Origin: Gemmatimonadota bacterium
Lineage (GTDB): Bacteria > Gemmatimonadota > Gemmatimonadetes > Palauibacterales > Palauibacteraceae
Assembly: GCA_039588275.1 (NCBI GenBank)
Contig: JBDHAC010000021.1
Span: forward strand, 1 to 58,176
Length of the DNA: 58,176 nt
Reading direction: 5' to 3'
Positions 19,961 through 30,846 of this stretch are shown here, one piece after another (the stretch's first letter is position 1; each line of letters starts with the position of its first letter). Below the pieces are notes generated by a model that had not been told where the DNA came from, made no database searches, and was given only the letters and a program-made list of their open reading frames with translations. Both the position numbers and the translations under genes were made by a program.

Positions 19961-21418
19961 ATGAGAACGACCGATATCACGGCCGTACAGCGCCGTATGG
20001 GCCCTACATGGGCGATAATGATTCCGGTGGCGCTCCTGCTCCCGAACGCTATCGGTGAGACACCCGAGGCCGCAGGCCGCAGGATCGCGGCGAGTCGGCA
20101 GCAGGCGGACGATGCCGTCGTCGTGCGGGTGCCCATTACCGGTACGATCGAGATGGGACTGGCGCCGTTTGTCGAGCGTGCGTTGGAGGAGGCGGGAGAG
20201 AGTGGCGCGACCGCCGTCGTGCTCGATCTCGACACACCCGGCGGGCGCGTCGATGCCGCCTGGGTGATCATCGACGCCGTGCGTGACGCGCCGGTTCCCG
20301 TCTACGCGTACGTGAATCGGCGAGCGCTGTCGGCCGGCGCGATGATCGCCCTGTCGGCGAACCGCCTGTACATGCGGCCCGGGTCGACCCTGGGCGCCGC
20401 AACCCCGGTAACCGGGGGGGGAGAGAAAGCCCCGGAGAAGATCGTGAGCGCGATGCGCTCCGAGTTCAGGGCCCTCGCCGAGCAGCGCGGCTTCGACCCG
20501 CGCCTCGCCGAGGCGATGGTCGATGAAGCCGTCGAGGTTCCGGGCGTCGTCGAGGCGGGTCAGCTTCTCACGCTGACGACGGAGGAGGCGGAGCGTCTCG
20601 GGATCGCCACCGGGGCCGTGGAGGATTACCCGGCTCTTCTGGACGCCGTCGGCGTCGGGTCGGGAGCAGCGACCATCGATGCGCGCCCGAACTGGGCCGA
20701 GGGTCTCGTGCGCTTCCTCACCAACCCCGTGGTCGCCCCGCTCCTGTTGAGCCTGGGGTTCCTGGGCCTGCTGATCGAGATCAAGACTCCCACGTTCGGG
20801 CTCGCCGGGGCGGTGGGGCTCGCTTCGCTGGCGGCCTTCTTCGGCGCGCACCACCTGGTGCAACTGGCAGGGATGGAGGAGATTATTCTGTTCGGGATCG
20901 GGGTCGTCCTCGTGGCGGCGGAGGTGTTCCTGATCCCCGGCTTCGGCGTGGCCGGCGTGCTCGGGGGGACCGCGATCCTCGGGAGCGCCGTGATGAGCAT
21001 GGTCGGCAGCCTCCCCACCTGGGGCGCGATCCTCGAGGCGGCCGGGCTCGTGGCGCTGTCCCTGATCCTGGTGTCGATCGTGGGCTGGGCGCTCATCCGC
21101 CACCTGCCGCACAGCAGCCGACTCCGTCTGCGGGGGATCTTCCTCGACAGCGAGACGAGTAGGGAAACCGGGTATCTCTCCGCGCCCGAGAGGGAGGACC
21201 TGGTAGGGCAGGTGGGTACCGCGCTCACAGACTTACGGCCCGCGGGGACCGCTTTGTTCGGCGACGAGCGGGTGGATGTCGTGACGGAAGGTCCCTGGAT
21301 CGAGGAAAGCACGAGGGTCGAGGTGCTGCGGGCGGAGGGGTACCGGCAGGTTGTGCGGGAGTCGCACGATAAGGAGATCAGCTCGGAGCTCCAGGAGGAG
21401 GTCGGCGAGATCGATTGA
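19961..21418 (+). CDS. nfeD: NfeD family membrane-bound ClpP-class serine protease
   Basis: LDTPGG, ALSAGA, EK, A.AMVD; TM region; C-terminal OB fold TDLRPAG. Confidence 0.88.
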   Translation: MRTTDITAVQRRMGPTWAIMIPVALLLPNAIGETPEAAGRRIAASRQQADDAVVVRVPITGTIEMGLAPFVERALEEAGESGATAVVLDLDTPGGRVDAAWVIIDAVRDAPVPVYAYVNRRALSAGAMIALSANRLYMRPGSTLGAATPVTGGGEKAPEKIVSAMRSEFRALAEQRGFDPRLAEAMVDEAVEVPGVVEAGQLLTLTTEEAERLGIATGAVEDYPALLDAVGVGSGAATIDARPNWAEGLVRFLTNPVVAPLLLSLGFLGLLIEIKTPTFGLAGAVGLASLAAFFGAHHLVQLAGMEEIILFGIGVVLVAAEVFLIPGFGVAGVLGGTAILGSAVMSMVGSLPTWGAILEAAGLVALSLILVSIVGWALIRHLPHSSRLRLRGIFLDSETSRETGYLSAPEREDLVGQVGTALTDLRPAGTALFGDERVDVVTEGPWIEESTRVEVLRAEGYRQVVRESHDKEISSELQEEVGEID

Positions 21419-21484
21419 GGATGGCGGCCGCGTTCGGCGCGATCCAGACACGAGACAGACACCTATCCCGAGTAAGGAGATACC

Positions 21485-22459
21485 ATGGAAGGCTTGGCAG
21501 CTGGCAGCATCATATTCCTGATTCTCGGCGTAATGCTGCTCATGATCGTGCTGTGGGCCGTGCCGGTGCGTTTGTGGGTCACGGCGCTCGCATCCGGCGT
21601 GCGCGTGGGTCTCGGGAACCTGGTAGGCATGCGGCTCCGGAAGATCCACCCGCCCAGCATCATCTATCCCATGATCAGCTCCACCAAGGCGGGCATCCAT
21701 CTGAGCACCAACGACCTCGAGGCGCATTACCTGGCGGGTGGCGACGTGGAGCGAGTCGTGAACGCGCTCATCTCGGCCGACAAGGCGACCATCGAGCTAC
21801 CGTTCCGCCAGGCCGCCGCGATCGACCTCGCGGGGCGCGACGTCCTTGAAGCCGTTCAGGTCTCCGTGAACCCGAAGGTGATCCAGACGCCCAAGGTGGC
21901 GGCGATGGCGAAGGACGGCATCCAGCTGATCGCGGTCGCCCGCGTGACCGTGCGCGCGAACATCAACCGACTGGTCGGTGGGGCGGGGGAGGAGACGATT
22001 CTCGCCCGGGTCGGCGAGGGGATCGTGTCGACGATCGGGTCCGCGGCGTCACACAAGGCCGTGCTGGAGAATCCCGACAACATCTCGAAAACGGTGCTCG
22101 CCAAGGGGCTGGACAGCGGCACCGCGTACGAAATCCTCTCGATCGACATCGCGGACGTCGATGTCGGGAAGAACATCGGCGCGGAGCTCCAGACCGACCA
22201 GGCCGAGGCGGACAAGCGGATCGCACAGGCGAAGGCCGAGGAGCGACGCGCGATGGCCGTTGCTGAGGAGCAGGAGAATCGCGCGCGCGTCGAAGAGATG
22301 CGGGCAAAGGTCGTCGAGGCGGAGGCGCAGGTGCCGTTGGCGATGGCCGAGGCGTTCCGGTCCGGGAATCTTGGCATAATGGATTATGTCAGGTTCCGTA
22401 ACGTCGAAAGTGACACGGAGATGCGCAAGGCGATCGCGAGCCCGGAAGAGGGACATTGA
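21485..22459 (+). CDS. floA: Flotillin-like protein FloA (YqfA)
   Basis: [37 protein letters not shown]; follows nfeD. Confidence 0.92.
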   Translation: MEGLAAGSIIFLILGVMLLMIVLWAVPVRLWVTALASGVRVGLGNLVGMRLRKIHPPSIIYPMISSTKAGIHLSTNDLEAHYLAGGDVERVVNALISADKATIELPFRQAAAIDLAGRDVLEAVQVSVNPKVIQTPKVAAMAKDGIQLIAVARVTVRANINRLVGGAGEETILARVGEGIVSTIGSAASHKAVLENPDNISKTVLAKGLDSGTAYEILSIDIADVDVGKNIGAELQTDQAEADKRIAQAKAEERRAMAVAEEQENRARVEEMRAKVVEAEAQVPLAMAEAFRSGNLGIMDYVRFRNVESDTEMRKAIASPEEGH

Positions 22460-22494
22460 TCCGCGGTAGAGCACGGTAGGTAGAGGCCGGGACG

Positions 22495-23262
22495 ATGGAG
22501 GGGTTCTCCGATCTTATCTGGTTGCTGATCATGTTCCTCGTGATCACGCGCGGGCTGGGTGCAGCGCGGAAGAGCAAGCAGCCACCCAAGCCGCCCGCTC
22601 CGTCGGAGATTCCCGAACGCTCGAGTCGTCCCGCGCCGGCGAGTCGCCCGTCCGAGCCGGCCGTTCGTCGAGCGGAGCAGTCCGTCGACCATGCTCAGTC
22701 CGGCCCGGGCCGGAGCTCGAGGGCTGCCAAGCGGTCCGATCCAGTGACCGAGTTCCGTCGTCGGCTGATGGAAGCCGCGCGAGAGTGGGAGGCGGAACAG
22801 AGGCGTCGCGCCGGAGTCCCCATCGAAGAGCTACCGGAGACAGCGTCACCGCGCCCGGAAGCGACGATCGACCCGAGCCGCCGGGATCGATCCGGCGTCC
22901 CGAGAGATCCGAGCCGCGGGGCTGCCGAGCCCGCCCTGCGCCAGCCTGCACCGTGGGAGACTCGAGACGTGACTCCCGACCGGATGACGGAGCAGTTGGC
23001 GACGCGTGTGGAGGTGCCGACCCCACGCGCGACACGCCCGCAGCCCGAGAGGGCCGAGGGGCCTGCGCCCCTGGCGCCGGCCGGAAGCCCGCAGGTAGAG
23101 GTCCCGTTGACCGATCCCTCGCGGAGCGGGCGTCCCGCTCACGAGCCTCTCGCCCGGCTCGATCGGTTTCAGCCTCTCAAGCGTGCGGTCGTCCTCGCTG
23201 AGATCTTGGGGCTGCCGCGGGCGGTCTCCGACGATCCGTCATCGAAACGCGGGGGCCGCTGA
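22495..23262 (+). CDS. Hypothetical protein, third gene of the nfeD-floA operon (YqfB-like)
   Basis: N-terminal TM segment, Pro/Arg-rich linker, C-terminal LKRAVVLAEILG.P motif. Confidence 0.65.
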   Translation: MEGFSDLIWLLIMFLVITRGLGAARKSKQPPKPPAPSEIPERSSRPAPASRPSEPAVRRAEQSVDHAQSGPGRSSRAAKRSDPVTEFRRRLMEAAREWEAEQRRRAGVPIEELPETASPRPEATIDPSRRDRSGVPRDPSRGAAEPALRQPAPWETRDVTPDRMTEQLATRVEVPTPRATRPQPERAEGPAPLAPAGSPQVEVPLTDPSRSGRPAHEPLARLDRFQPLKRAVVLAEILGLPRAVSDDPSSKRGGR

Positions 23263-23309
23263 GGCCCTCGGGACGCAGCAACCGCTGAAGCTGGGCGCCG
23301 ATCCGAGAC

Positions 23310-23591
23310 TCAATCGCGGAACAACGACGGGCGATCCTTCTTTGGGTACTCCTCGTCGTTTTTGAACGGGGAGGGACGGTCCGGCCGGGCCGGACCCTCC
23401 CCGGTTCCTGCGAGGATGCGCTGCAGCTCCTGCTCGCTCAGCTCGAACGGGTCCTCCGCGTAGAGCGGCGGCTCCACTGTCCGGGCAGTTTCCGGATTCC
23501 CCGGCAGCGGCTCGAACAGCCACTCGTGCCGCGAGCGGACCTTGACCTGCCACAACCCGCCACCCGTGTCCTTGAACTTCCGAAGGCTCAT
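23310..23591 (-). CDS. Small hypothetical protein
   Basis: MSLRKFKD...DPFELSEQEL; ATGA overlap with the SURF1 stop. Confidence 0.6.
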   Translation of the reverse strand: MSLRKFKDTGGGLWQVKVRSRHEWLFEPLPGNPETARTVEPPLYAEDPFELSEQELQRILAGTGEGPARPDRPSPFKNDEEYPKKDRPSLFRD

Positions 23592-24352
23592 CGGCCATGC
23601 TCCTTTCGCAGCAATATGCCCGTGCCTACGAGCGCGATGACCGCGAACGAGAACCACTGGAGCGCGTACGACAGGTGCGGTCCCTCGTCAAGCTCCAGGT
23701 CTCGCAGCGGCGCCAGCCCGGGGCCGGTCGCCCCCGCGGTCGACGCGCGCACGTAAAAATCGGCCACCCGATAGGGGAGAAACTCCCGTGCCAGCTCGAG
23801 ATTGGCGGCTGCGAGCACCGCACGCTCCGCACCCTCGATCTCGATCCGGATCGAGGGCGAAGCCGTCCGGTTCGAACCGGGCACGGCGAGACCCTCCACC
23901 TCCACGAGATCCTCCGAGCCGCGCCCGGGCGATGCGGCCGGCCAGGCGTCGGACAGGCGGGGACGGAGACCGTCCGGAGCCGGCAGCCAGCCGCGCAGGA
24001 CGAGAATCGCCTGGTCGGTCGAGGAGTCCGACCCGATCAGGAACGGTGTCAGTAGCTCGACGCCCGGCGACCCGTCTCTCGACCGCGAGCGGATGATTAT
24101 CTCTCGTTCTCGGTCAAAAAGCCCCGCCACGCGAACCTGCCGCCAGGCGATGCTGTCCGCGGGAGGAACCGGAGCCACACCACCGTCGGACCGCGCCAAT
24201 CGTACGACGGGCATGGCACCGCGAGATGCGCGGAGCGCGTTGGCCTCCAACCGTTGGGCGCGGCGATCCAGCTGCCAGAGCCCGAGCCGAACGAAGAGAG
24301 CGGCCAGAACGACGGCCACGAGTCCCAACACGATGCTGCTTCGCTTCATCAT
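23588..24352 (-). CDS. SURF1 family protein (cytochrome oxidase assembly)
   Basis: LGLWQLDR, LRGW, HLSYALQWF motifs; two TM segments. Confidence 0.88.
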   Translation of the reverse strand: MMKRSSIVLGLVAVVLAALFVRLGLWQLDRRAQRLEANALRASRGAMPVVRLARSDGGVAPVPPADSIAWRQVRVAGLFDREREIIIRSRSRDGSPGVELLTPFLIGSDSSTDQAILVLRGWLPAPDGLRPRLSDAWPAASPGRGSEDLVEVEGLAVPGSNRTASPSIRIEIEGAERAVLAAANLELAREFLPYRVADFYVRASTAGATGPGLAPLRDLELDEGPHLSYALQWFSFAVIALVGTGILLRKEHGR

Positions 24353-24389
24353 CGCCGCCGCCGACACCGGCCCCGCTGCTGCCCGGCCT

Positions 24390-25958
24390 CTACGGACCGG
24401 GTCGCGTTGCGTCCAGACCGACCAGGGCGAAGCCGACCGACTCGATATCGGCCCGGGCGAGATCCTGGAAGATGGCGGCGGCGGTCTCGGCATCCCCCGT
24501 TCCGAGATGCGCCCGACCCAACTGCCAGCGATTGTAGGGATCTCCAAGGTCGGTCCGCTCGAAGTACGACACGGCCTCGCCGAACTCGCCCGCCATCAAA
24601 CTGATCAGACCCAGCACTTCCATAACGGGTTCCAGCTTGCGGTAGCTGGCTTGCTCTGCCACCAGGGAGCCGAACCGCTCGACCTCGGCCTCGGCGCCGT
24701 TCTCGTCTCCTTCGTGGGCGGCGAGGAGAGCGTTCATGTACGCGATCTTCGCTTCCTGCCGCCGACGGAACTCGGTCGACCCCACCCGATCCGCCTGTCG
24801 GCGGAGGAGCCCGGCGCGTCGCTCGAGGGCACGGCCGGCCACCGTCAGCAGCCCGTGGTGCATCGCGATTCTCGCAGCCGGGGTGAGGGCCCGAATCTGG
24901 AACTCCTCCCGCTCCGCCGGTGAGACGCCCAACGTGTCCCATGCCTCCGCGAGGTTGAACAGCTCCTCTACCGTGGCCTGTGGCTCGTCCGCGTACACGT
25001 GGACGAGCGCCCTCGAGACCTCGACCGTCACGCGCTCGTCTCCGTCCGCCAAGCCGATGGCCGCGTCGAAGTTCGCTCGCGCCGAATCGTACTGACCCTC
25101 GAGCGCGAGCATGTACCCCAGGCGAGCCAGAGCCCGCGAGGTTCTCGGCGCCAGACTGTCCGCGCGCTCGTACGCATCTCTGGCTTCAGCGATTCCGCTG
25201 TTGACGAGAAGCACGTCTCCGAGGAGGAGATGGAGGGAGGGCAGGTCGGGGGTACCGGCCGTTGCCCGTCGAGCGAACTCCACGGCCCGCTCGAGGTCGG
25301 ACGGGGGCTTCAACATATGGCTGCGCGCCAGCGCGATGAGCGTCGGGGTGGATTCCGGCTCGAGCTCCTCCGCGCGCCGTAGCGCTTCTCTCGACGCCTC
25401 GATCTGGTTCAGCGCCTCTCGCGCCCCGGCCAGGATACGCCATGCGCGCGGCTCGGTGCGATGAAGCTCTGTCAGCCGCGAGGCGAGATCGAGGCGCGAG
25501 ACCAGGTTGCCCTTCCACCCCTCCGTGGCGATCGCGATCCTGAGTCGCTCGCCCTCCGTGACGCCTTCGGCACCTCGAGCGGCCAGACTCAGGTTGCGGG
25601 CTGTGGCCTCCGGGGTGGTGGCCGTCAGTGCGAGACCCAGGTGGGCGAGCGCGAAGTTCGGATCCGCCTGTGCGGCCAACGCGAAGTTGTCTCTCGCTTC
25701 GCGTCGCCGCTCGATCTCCAAAGCCGCCAGGCCCAAACGATAATGGTACGTCGCTTCAGCGGAGCCCGTGCTCGTAGCGAAGGGCGTCGCGGTGGGGGCG
25801 GGAGCGGAGTCGGGGAGCGCAAAATCAGTCTGACTCACGTCGTGGGGCTCGGTTCCGCACGCGACGACCGTCAGGACGGCTGCGGTAAGGTACGGCGTCC
25901 CGATCCCACCATGGGAGGTACCGTGATCGCTTAGCACGTGCCATGATGTCGCCACCAC
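24390..25958 (-). CDS. TPR-repeat protein, probable lipoprotein
   Basis: Lipobox-like VVAC and many TPR-like helices (DPNFALAHLGLA). Start uncertain. Confidence 0.7.
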   Translation of the reverse strand: MVATSWHVLSDHGTSHGGIGTPYLTAAVLTVVACGTEPHDVSQTDFALPDSAPAPTATPFATSTGSAEATYHYRLGLAALEIERRREARDNFALAAQADPNFALAHLGLALTATTPEATARNLSLAARGAEGVTEGERLRIAIATEGWKGNLVSRLDLASRLTELHRTEPRAWRILAGAREALNQIEASREALRRAEELEPESTPTLIALARSHMLKPPSDLERAVEFARRATAGTPDLPSLHLLLGDVLLVNSGIAEARDAYERADSLAPRTSRALARLGYMLALEGQYDSARANFDAAIGLADGDERVTVEVSRALVHVYADEPQATVEELFNLAEAWDTLGVSPAEREEFQIRALTPAARIAMHHGLLTVAGRALERRAGLLRRQADRVGSTEFRRRQEAKIAYMNALLAAHEGDENGAEAEVERFGSLVAEQASYRKLEPVMEVLGLISLMAGEFGEAVSYFERTDLGDPYNRWQLGRAHLGTGDAETAAAIFQDLARADIESVGFALVGLDATRPGP

Positions 25959-26021
25959 CGGCTGGCATCAAGCGCCGGCCGACGAGCGGTGGCCTGGCAG
26001 CACGTACGAAACGGAGCTGGA

Positions 26022-27599
26022 ATGATCTTTCGTAGCCCTCACCCGGATGTGGTGACTCCCGATGAGGCGTTCACGCCCTACGTTTTCGGTCGGGCGGAAG
26101 AGTTGGCGCACAAGCCCGCGATCATCGACGGTCCTACGGGACGAGCGCTGACTTACGGGGAGCTCGCCTCAGCGATCCGCGGGGCGGCGGCGGGGCTGGC
26201 CGCACGAGGGCTCTCGAAAGGCGATGTGGTCGCGATCTGCAGCCCGAACGTTCCCGAATACGCGGTGGCTTTCAACGCCGTGGCGACCGCCGGCGGCGTC
26301 AACACGACGGTGAACCCGCTCTCCACGGTCGATGATCTCGTCATGCAGTTCAGTGACTCGAGCGCTCGTTTCTTGATCACGATCCCGCAACTGATGGATA
26401 AGGCGAAGGCGGTGGCGGACCAGACGGACATCGAGGAGGTGTTCGTTTTCGGCGCTGCCGATGGCGGGACCTCCTTCCAGGAGTTGATGCTCGAGGCGCC
26501 GGCGCCGGACGTCGCGATCGACCCGCACGAGGACCTGATCGCTCTCCCCTACTCGAGCGGCACCACGGCACACCCGAAGGGCGTCATGCTGACGCACCAC
26601 AACCTGGTGGCGAACATCTGCCAGACCCTGGGGGTCGATGCCGTCGACGAGAAGGACGTGGTGATCGCCGTCCTTCCGTTCTTCCACATCTACGGCATGG
26701 TCGTGGTGATGAGCGCCATGCTTCGCACCGGCGCGACGCTGGTGACGCTGCCGCGATTCGAGCTGCCGGAGTTTCTCGAGGTCATGGCGCGTTACGAGGT
26801 GACGCGGGCGTATCTGGTCCCACCCATCATCCTCGCGCTGGCTAAGCACCCCATGGTCGAGGAGCACGACCTTTCCAGCCTGCGGTACATCTGCTCGGGT
26901 GCGGCTCCGCTCGGGGCGGAGACGGCCCGGGCCTGCGCGGAGCGTCTCGGGTGTGCCGTGGTGCAGGGGTACGGTCTCACCGAAACCAGCCCGGTGACGC
27001 ACTATCGACCGCTCGCCCACGCGGACGAACGCTTCGACTCCGTCGGCCCGGCCGTCCCCAACACGGAGGTATGCATCGTAGATCTGGCGACGGGCGAGCG
27101 GCTCGGGCCACGTCAGGAAGGGGAGGTCTGGTCGCGGGGCCCGCAGGTGATGAAGGGGTACCTGAATCGGCCCGATGCGACGGCTCGCACGATAGATGAA
27201 GAGGGTTGGATCCACACTGGGGACATCGGCTACGTGGACGAGGACGGATTCCTGTACGTGGTGGACCGCGCGAAGGAGCTCATCAAATACAAAGGCTACC
27301 AGGTCGCTCCGGCCGAGCTCGAGGAGGTGCTCATCTCGCACCCGTCCATCGCGGACGCGGCCGTGATCCCAAGCCCCGATGGAGAAGCGGGCGAGGTTCC
27401 GAAAGCGTTCGTCGTCCGCCGGGGAGATCTCGGCGCGGACGAGATCATCGAGTTCGTCGCCGAGCGCGTAGCGCCGTACAAGAAGGTCCGCAGGCTGGAG
27501 TTCGTTGCCGAGATCCCCAAGTCGCCATCCGGGAAGATTCTGCGGCGGCTGCTCGTGGCACGGGAGCGATCCACCCTGGCGAGCGAATCCGGCTCGTGA
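26022..27599 (+). CDS. AMP-binding acyl-CoA ligase (4-coumarate-CoA ligase-like)
   Basis: YSSGTT..PKG, GYGLTE, HTGDIG, IPKSPSGKILRR. Confidence 0.92.
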   Translation: MIFRSPHPDVVTPDEAFTPYVFGRAEELAHKPAIIDGPTGRALTYGELASAIRGAAAGLAARGLSKGDVVAICSPNVPEYAVAFNAVATAGGVNTTVNPLSTVDDLVMQFSDSSARFLITIPQLMDKAKAVADQTDIEEVFVFGAADGGTSFQELMLEAPAPDVAIDPHEDLIALPYSSGTTAHPKGVMLTHHNLVANICQTLGVDAVDEKDVVIAVLPFFHIYGMVVVMSAMLRTGATLVTLPRFELPEFLEVMARYEVTRAYLVPPIILALAKHPMVEEHDLSSLRYICSGAAPLGAETARACAERLGCAVVQGYGLTETSPVTHYRPLAHADERFDSVGPAVPNTEVCIVDLATGERLGPRQEGEVWSRGPQVMKGYLNRPDATARTIDEEGWIHTGDIGYVDEDGFLYVVDRAKELIKYKGYQVAPAELEEVLISHPSIADAAVIPSPDGEAGEVPKAFVVRRGDLGADEIIEFVAERVAPYKKVRRLEFVAEIPKSPSGKILRRLLVARERSTLASESGS

Positions 27600-27614
27600 C
27601 GGCGTGAGGCGCTC

Positions 27615-28502
27615 ATGTCATCTGACCACGGGCCGATGCCTGCTGGCCACTCCATGATCGATCTCGACGCACGCGCCAGCCTGGTCGTGGACGCGCACGC
27701 GCATTTCCACGATGTGTTTCACATGTCTGATGCGCTGGACGCGGCGTGCGACAACTTCGCGGGCGCGCGAGCAGCCGAGCCGTCGGCCGGTCTCCTCTGT
27801 CTGGTGGAGGAGCCCGGCAGAAACCGATTCGATGCCTGGGCACAAGCAGCCGAGCCTGGCCCGGTCCGATTGAGTCGTTCGCCGGGGAGTTGGAGCGCGC
27901 GCCGCACCAACGAAGAAGCCTCGCTGGTGCTCGAGCGAGAGGATGGTGCTCGCCTCTTCGTGATCGGGGGGCGCCAGCTCCAGACCGCGGAGCGGCTCGA
28001 GGTCCTGGCGATCGGGTCCCGGAACGTGTCAGCGGACGGGGCACCGTTGGCGGAAGTCGTGGAGTCTATTCAGGCGCTGGACGGGATCCCCGTCATTCCC
28101 TGGGGAGCGGGAAAATGGGTCGGTGCTCGCGCCGGTATCCTCAGCGCGTTTCTACGGCAGCCTCGCCGGGACGTCGTCTGTTTGGGGGACAGCGGCGGTC
28201 GCCCCGGTTCCTGGCGCCGGCCGCGACCCCTGACTGAGGCCGCCGCCGCTGGCATCCCCGTCCTCTCCGGTAGCGATCCGCTCCCCTTCCGTCGAGAGGC
28301 GACCCGCCTCGGGAGCTTCGGGTTCGTTGTACGCGTGGGCGAGCTCGAGCCCATGGCGCCAGCGGAGGCGCTGTTCCGAGCTCTACGCGAGGGGCGGACG
28401 CTCGTCCCCTATGGGCGTTCGGTGGGCACGTGGCGGTTCATTCTGAATCAGGCGAGTCTTCGCTTGCGCCCTTCGCACCGCTCCGACGATCCGGCTCCTT
28501 AG
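27615..28502 (+). CDS. PHP/metal-dependent hydrolase-like protein of the polysaccharide cluster
   Basis: VDAHAH, LEVL, PWG.GKW, GSDPLP motifs. Confidence 0.55.
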   Translation: MSSDHGPMPAGHSMIDLDARASLVVDAHAHFHDVFHMSDALDAACDNFAGARAAEPSAGLLCLVEEPGRNRFDAWAQAAEPGPVRLSRSPGSWSARRTNEEASLVLEREDGARLFVIGGRQLQTAERLEVLAIGSRNVSADGAPLAEVVESIQALDGIPVIPWGAGKWVGARAGILSAFLRQPRRDVVCLGDSGGRPGSWRRPRPLTEAAAAGIPVLSGSDPLPFRREATRLGSFGFVVRVGELEPMAPAEALFRALREGRTLVPYGRSVGTWRFILNQASLRLRPSHRSDDPAP

Positions 28503-29274
28503 CGACCCGATCCGCCCGCACGATCACGGGTGATCCGAACAGACTCGTCAGCCCGACGGTCCGGGCGAGGCCTTCGCCGAATCGCGACAACCCGGTCAAG
28601 GAGACTCTCCGATGTAGGGCCATCGGCGCCAAGAACTGCGGTCGAGTTGCCGAGACCGAGAAGCCTGCGTCCGCGAACCAGGCACGGATGCTGGTGGGCG
28701 AGCTGGTGCGAAAGGGGCGCGTATCCAGCTCGACTCTTCGCTTCGCGCCAAACGCGGCGCGCCCGAAGAGATTGACGCTCCGCGTGGATGCGTAGTCCAC
28801 GACTACTGTCTGGTCCGCGACCCGGCCCAGCTCCCGGATCAACCGCTCCGGGGACTCGACGTGCGCAAGCAGTCGGAAGGCCAGAACGGCATCGAAGGCG
28901 CGATGATCGAACGGCAAGGCCGTCAGGTCGACCTGTTCGAACGCGCATCGGCCTCCCGACAGCCAGGGGTCCAGACGCCGCGCGCAGCTCGGTGCGCTGC
29001 CCGCTACCGTGACGTCGAATCCCGCATCGACGAGATACGGCGTCAGCTGCGCATGACCGCCTCCGACGTCGAGCACCCGAGAGCCCGGAGGGAGCGCCGT
29101 GAGCAGCGCCAGAGTAGTGGTGCCTTGAATCCGCAGGAACCACTCGCCGACGGGCCCCGCAAATCGCATCGCGTATCGATCGGTGGCGGTCTCGATATCG
29201 GGTGGTTCCACATCAGGTGGCTCGGGTGGGGGTGTGACGGCGTGCGAGCCCCCGGGTGGCCCCGCGGCGGTCAC
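28438..29274 (-). CDS. Class I SAM-dependent methyltransferase
   Basis: VLDVGGGHA, D..ALPF...FDAV. Confidence 0.85.
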   Translation of the reverse strand: MTAAGPPGGSHAVTPPPEPPDVEPPDIETATDRYAMRFAGPVGEWFLRIQGTTTLALLTALPPGSRVLDVGGGHAQLTPYLVDAGFDVTVAGSAPSCARRLDPWLSGGRCAFEQVDLTALPFDHRAFDAVLAFRLLAHVESPERLIRELGRVADQTVVVDYASTRSVNLFGRAAFGAKRRVELDTRPFRTSSPTSIRAWFADAGFSVSATRPQFLAPMALHRRVSLTGLSRFGEGLARTVGLTSLFGSPVIVRADRVAKEPDRRSGAKGASEDSPDSE

Positions 29275-30467
29275 CGGCCGGCGCTGACCGCTCGCACGCG
29301 GTCCTCTATCTCTTCGTAGAACGCGTACAGCTTGCGGCGGAACGCCTCCGGCCCGAACTCCGAGCGAACGAGCTCCGCCGCCGCCCGAGCGATCTGAGTA
29401 CCCCGCTCGGGTCGCTCGAGGAGGGATAGAAGGCCGTCGGCCATCGAACGCGGCTCCGGGTCGACGAGACAGGCCACATCTTCGCGCAAGATCTGAGTGT
29501 GCGAGAGAACGCGTGTGGCCACCACCGGACGGCCCGATGCCAGATACGAGTAGATCTTCATGGGTGTGTTCATGCCTTGAAGGCGAGGCGAGACCAGGAT
29601 GTCGGCGTCGCGCAGCGCACCCTCCAACTCGGAGATCGGTCGTGGGCCGACGAACTCCGTATCCTCCGCGATCCCGAGGCTGTCTGCACGCCTCCGGTAC
29701 TGCGCGATCCGACCTTCGGACCCTCCGATGATCCTCAACCGGGCCCTCTCGAACCGTTCGACGACGTACCGAAAGCTCTCGAGCAGGAGGTCGATTCCCT
29801 GATAGCTCTCGAGGTTTCCGACATACAGCACCGTACGGGTGGCTCCCGGGCCCGGGGCGTGACGGGGAGCGCCAGACCCCGCCGGCGTCGGTTCGGTGCT
29901 TGGGGGAATCAGCGTGATGTCCTCCACGCGCCCGATGTGCGTTCCCTGACCCGCGTGTTTAGCGGCGAGCTCCTCGAGCGCGGGGCACACCGCCAGCACT
30001 CCCATGCTGCGGCGGACTGCCGCCCGCTCGAAACGATCGAGCAACCACGAGGTGGCTCTGAGCACCGGGAAACGATCCACCATCTGCTCGCGCAGAGAAG
30101 AATCCATGTCGTAGACGTAAGGGATCCCGAACAGGCTGCGCAGCGTCATGGCGACGAATACCGACTCCTCCACGGCGTGAAGAAGGTCCGGGCGTAGTCG
30201 TCGGACCAGACGCACCGAGCGAGCGAGGAGCGCTACGTCGGAGGGCAGCTTCTTCCACGAGAAGCCGGGTGGAACGTCACGAACGCCCGGAATACGCATG
30301 ATTCGGTGGATCGTAACGCACGGGATCGCGACGTCCTCGCCCTCGTGATAGGTGAGGACATGGAGTTCATGGCCGCGCGCCGAGAGAGCCTCCAGCAGAT
30401 TGCGCTCGGCGATCGGGGTCCCGCGCGACTGATAGAACGGGTGCGGGAGGAGCAGCAGTATGCGCAT
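29271..30467 (-). CDS. Glycosyltransferase family 4 (GT-B)
   Basis: YVGNL..YQGIDLL, PMKIYSYLASGRPVVAT; GGAGG upstream of ATG 30467. Confidence 0.88.
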   Translation of the reverse strand: MRILLLLPHPFYQSRGTPIAERNLLEALSARGHELHVLTYHEGEDVAIPCVTIHRIMRIPGVRDVPPGFSWKKLPSDVALLARSVRLVRRLRPDLLHAVEESVFVAMTLRSLFGIPYVYDMDSSLREQMVDRFPVLRATSWLLDRFERAAVRRSMGVLAVCPALEELAAKHAGQGTHIGRVEDITLIPPSTEPTPAGSGAPRHAPGPGATRTVLYVGNLESYQGIDLLLESFRYVVERFERARLRIIGGSEGRIAQYRRRADSLGIAEDTEFVGPRPISELEGALRDADILVSPRLQGMNTPMKIYSYLASGRPVVATRVLSHTQILREDVACLVDPEPRSMADGLLSLLERPERGTQIARAAAELVRSEFGPEAFRRKLYAFYEEIEDRVRAVSAGR

Positions 30468-30846
30468 GCCCCCACCTCCTCCCGTCGGGTCGACCGACGC
30501 TCTCACCGAGTCGACCGACTCACCCTCCCGTTCCGCGCGCGGCTCGCTCACCGCTGAAGCCCTCCCCGACGGCGTCGCCGCGGTTCGACCGGGCGCACCG
30601 CGAGCGAATTCTGGATCCGGAATCATCACCCGGCTCGTGGGACCTGCCCCTGAAGCTACGAGCAAAGCAACAACGTAGCCCGGCCGTTTCGGCACCGGGA
30701 GGTCGCCATGATGTCTTCTTCGCGCGAACCGATCAAGCCGGTCCGGACCTTGCAACTCGCGAGGCCTCCCGGAGATCTTCGTGGGGTCGGTCGAACAGAT
30801 CGCCCGGGTCCTCCCGGTTCACGTGGCCCGCACCGTCGGAGTTCTG

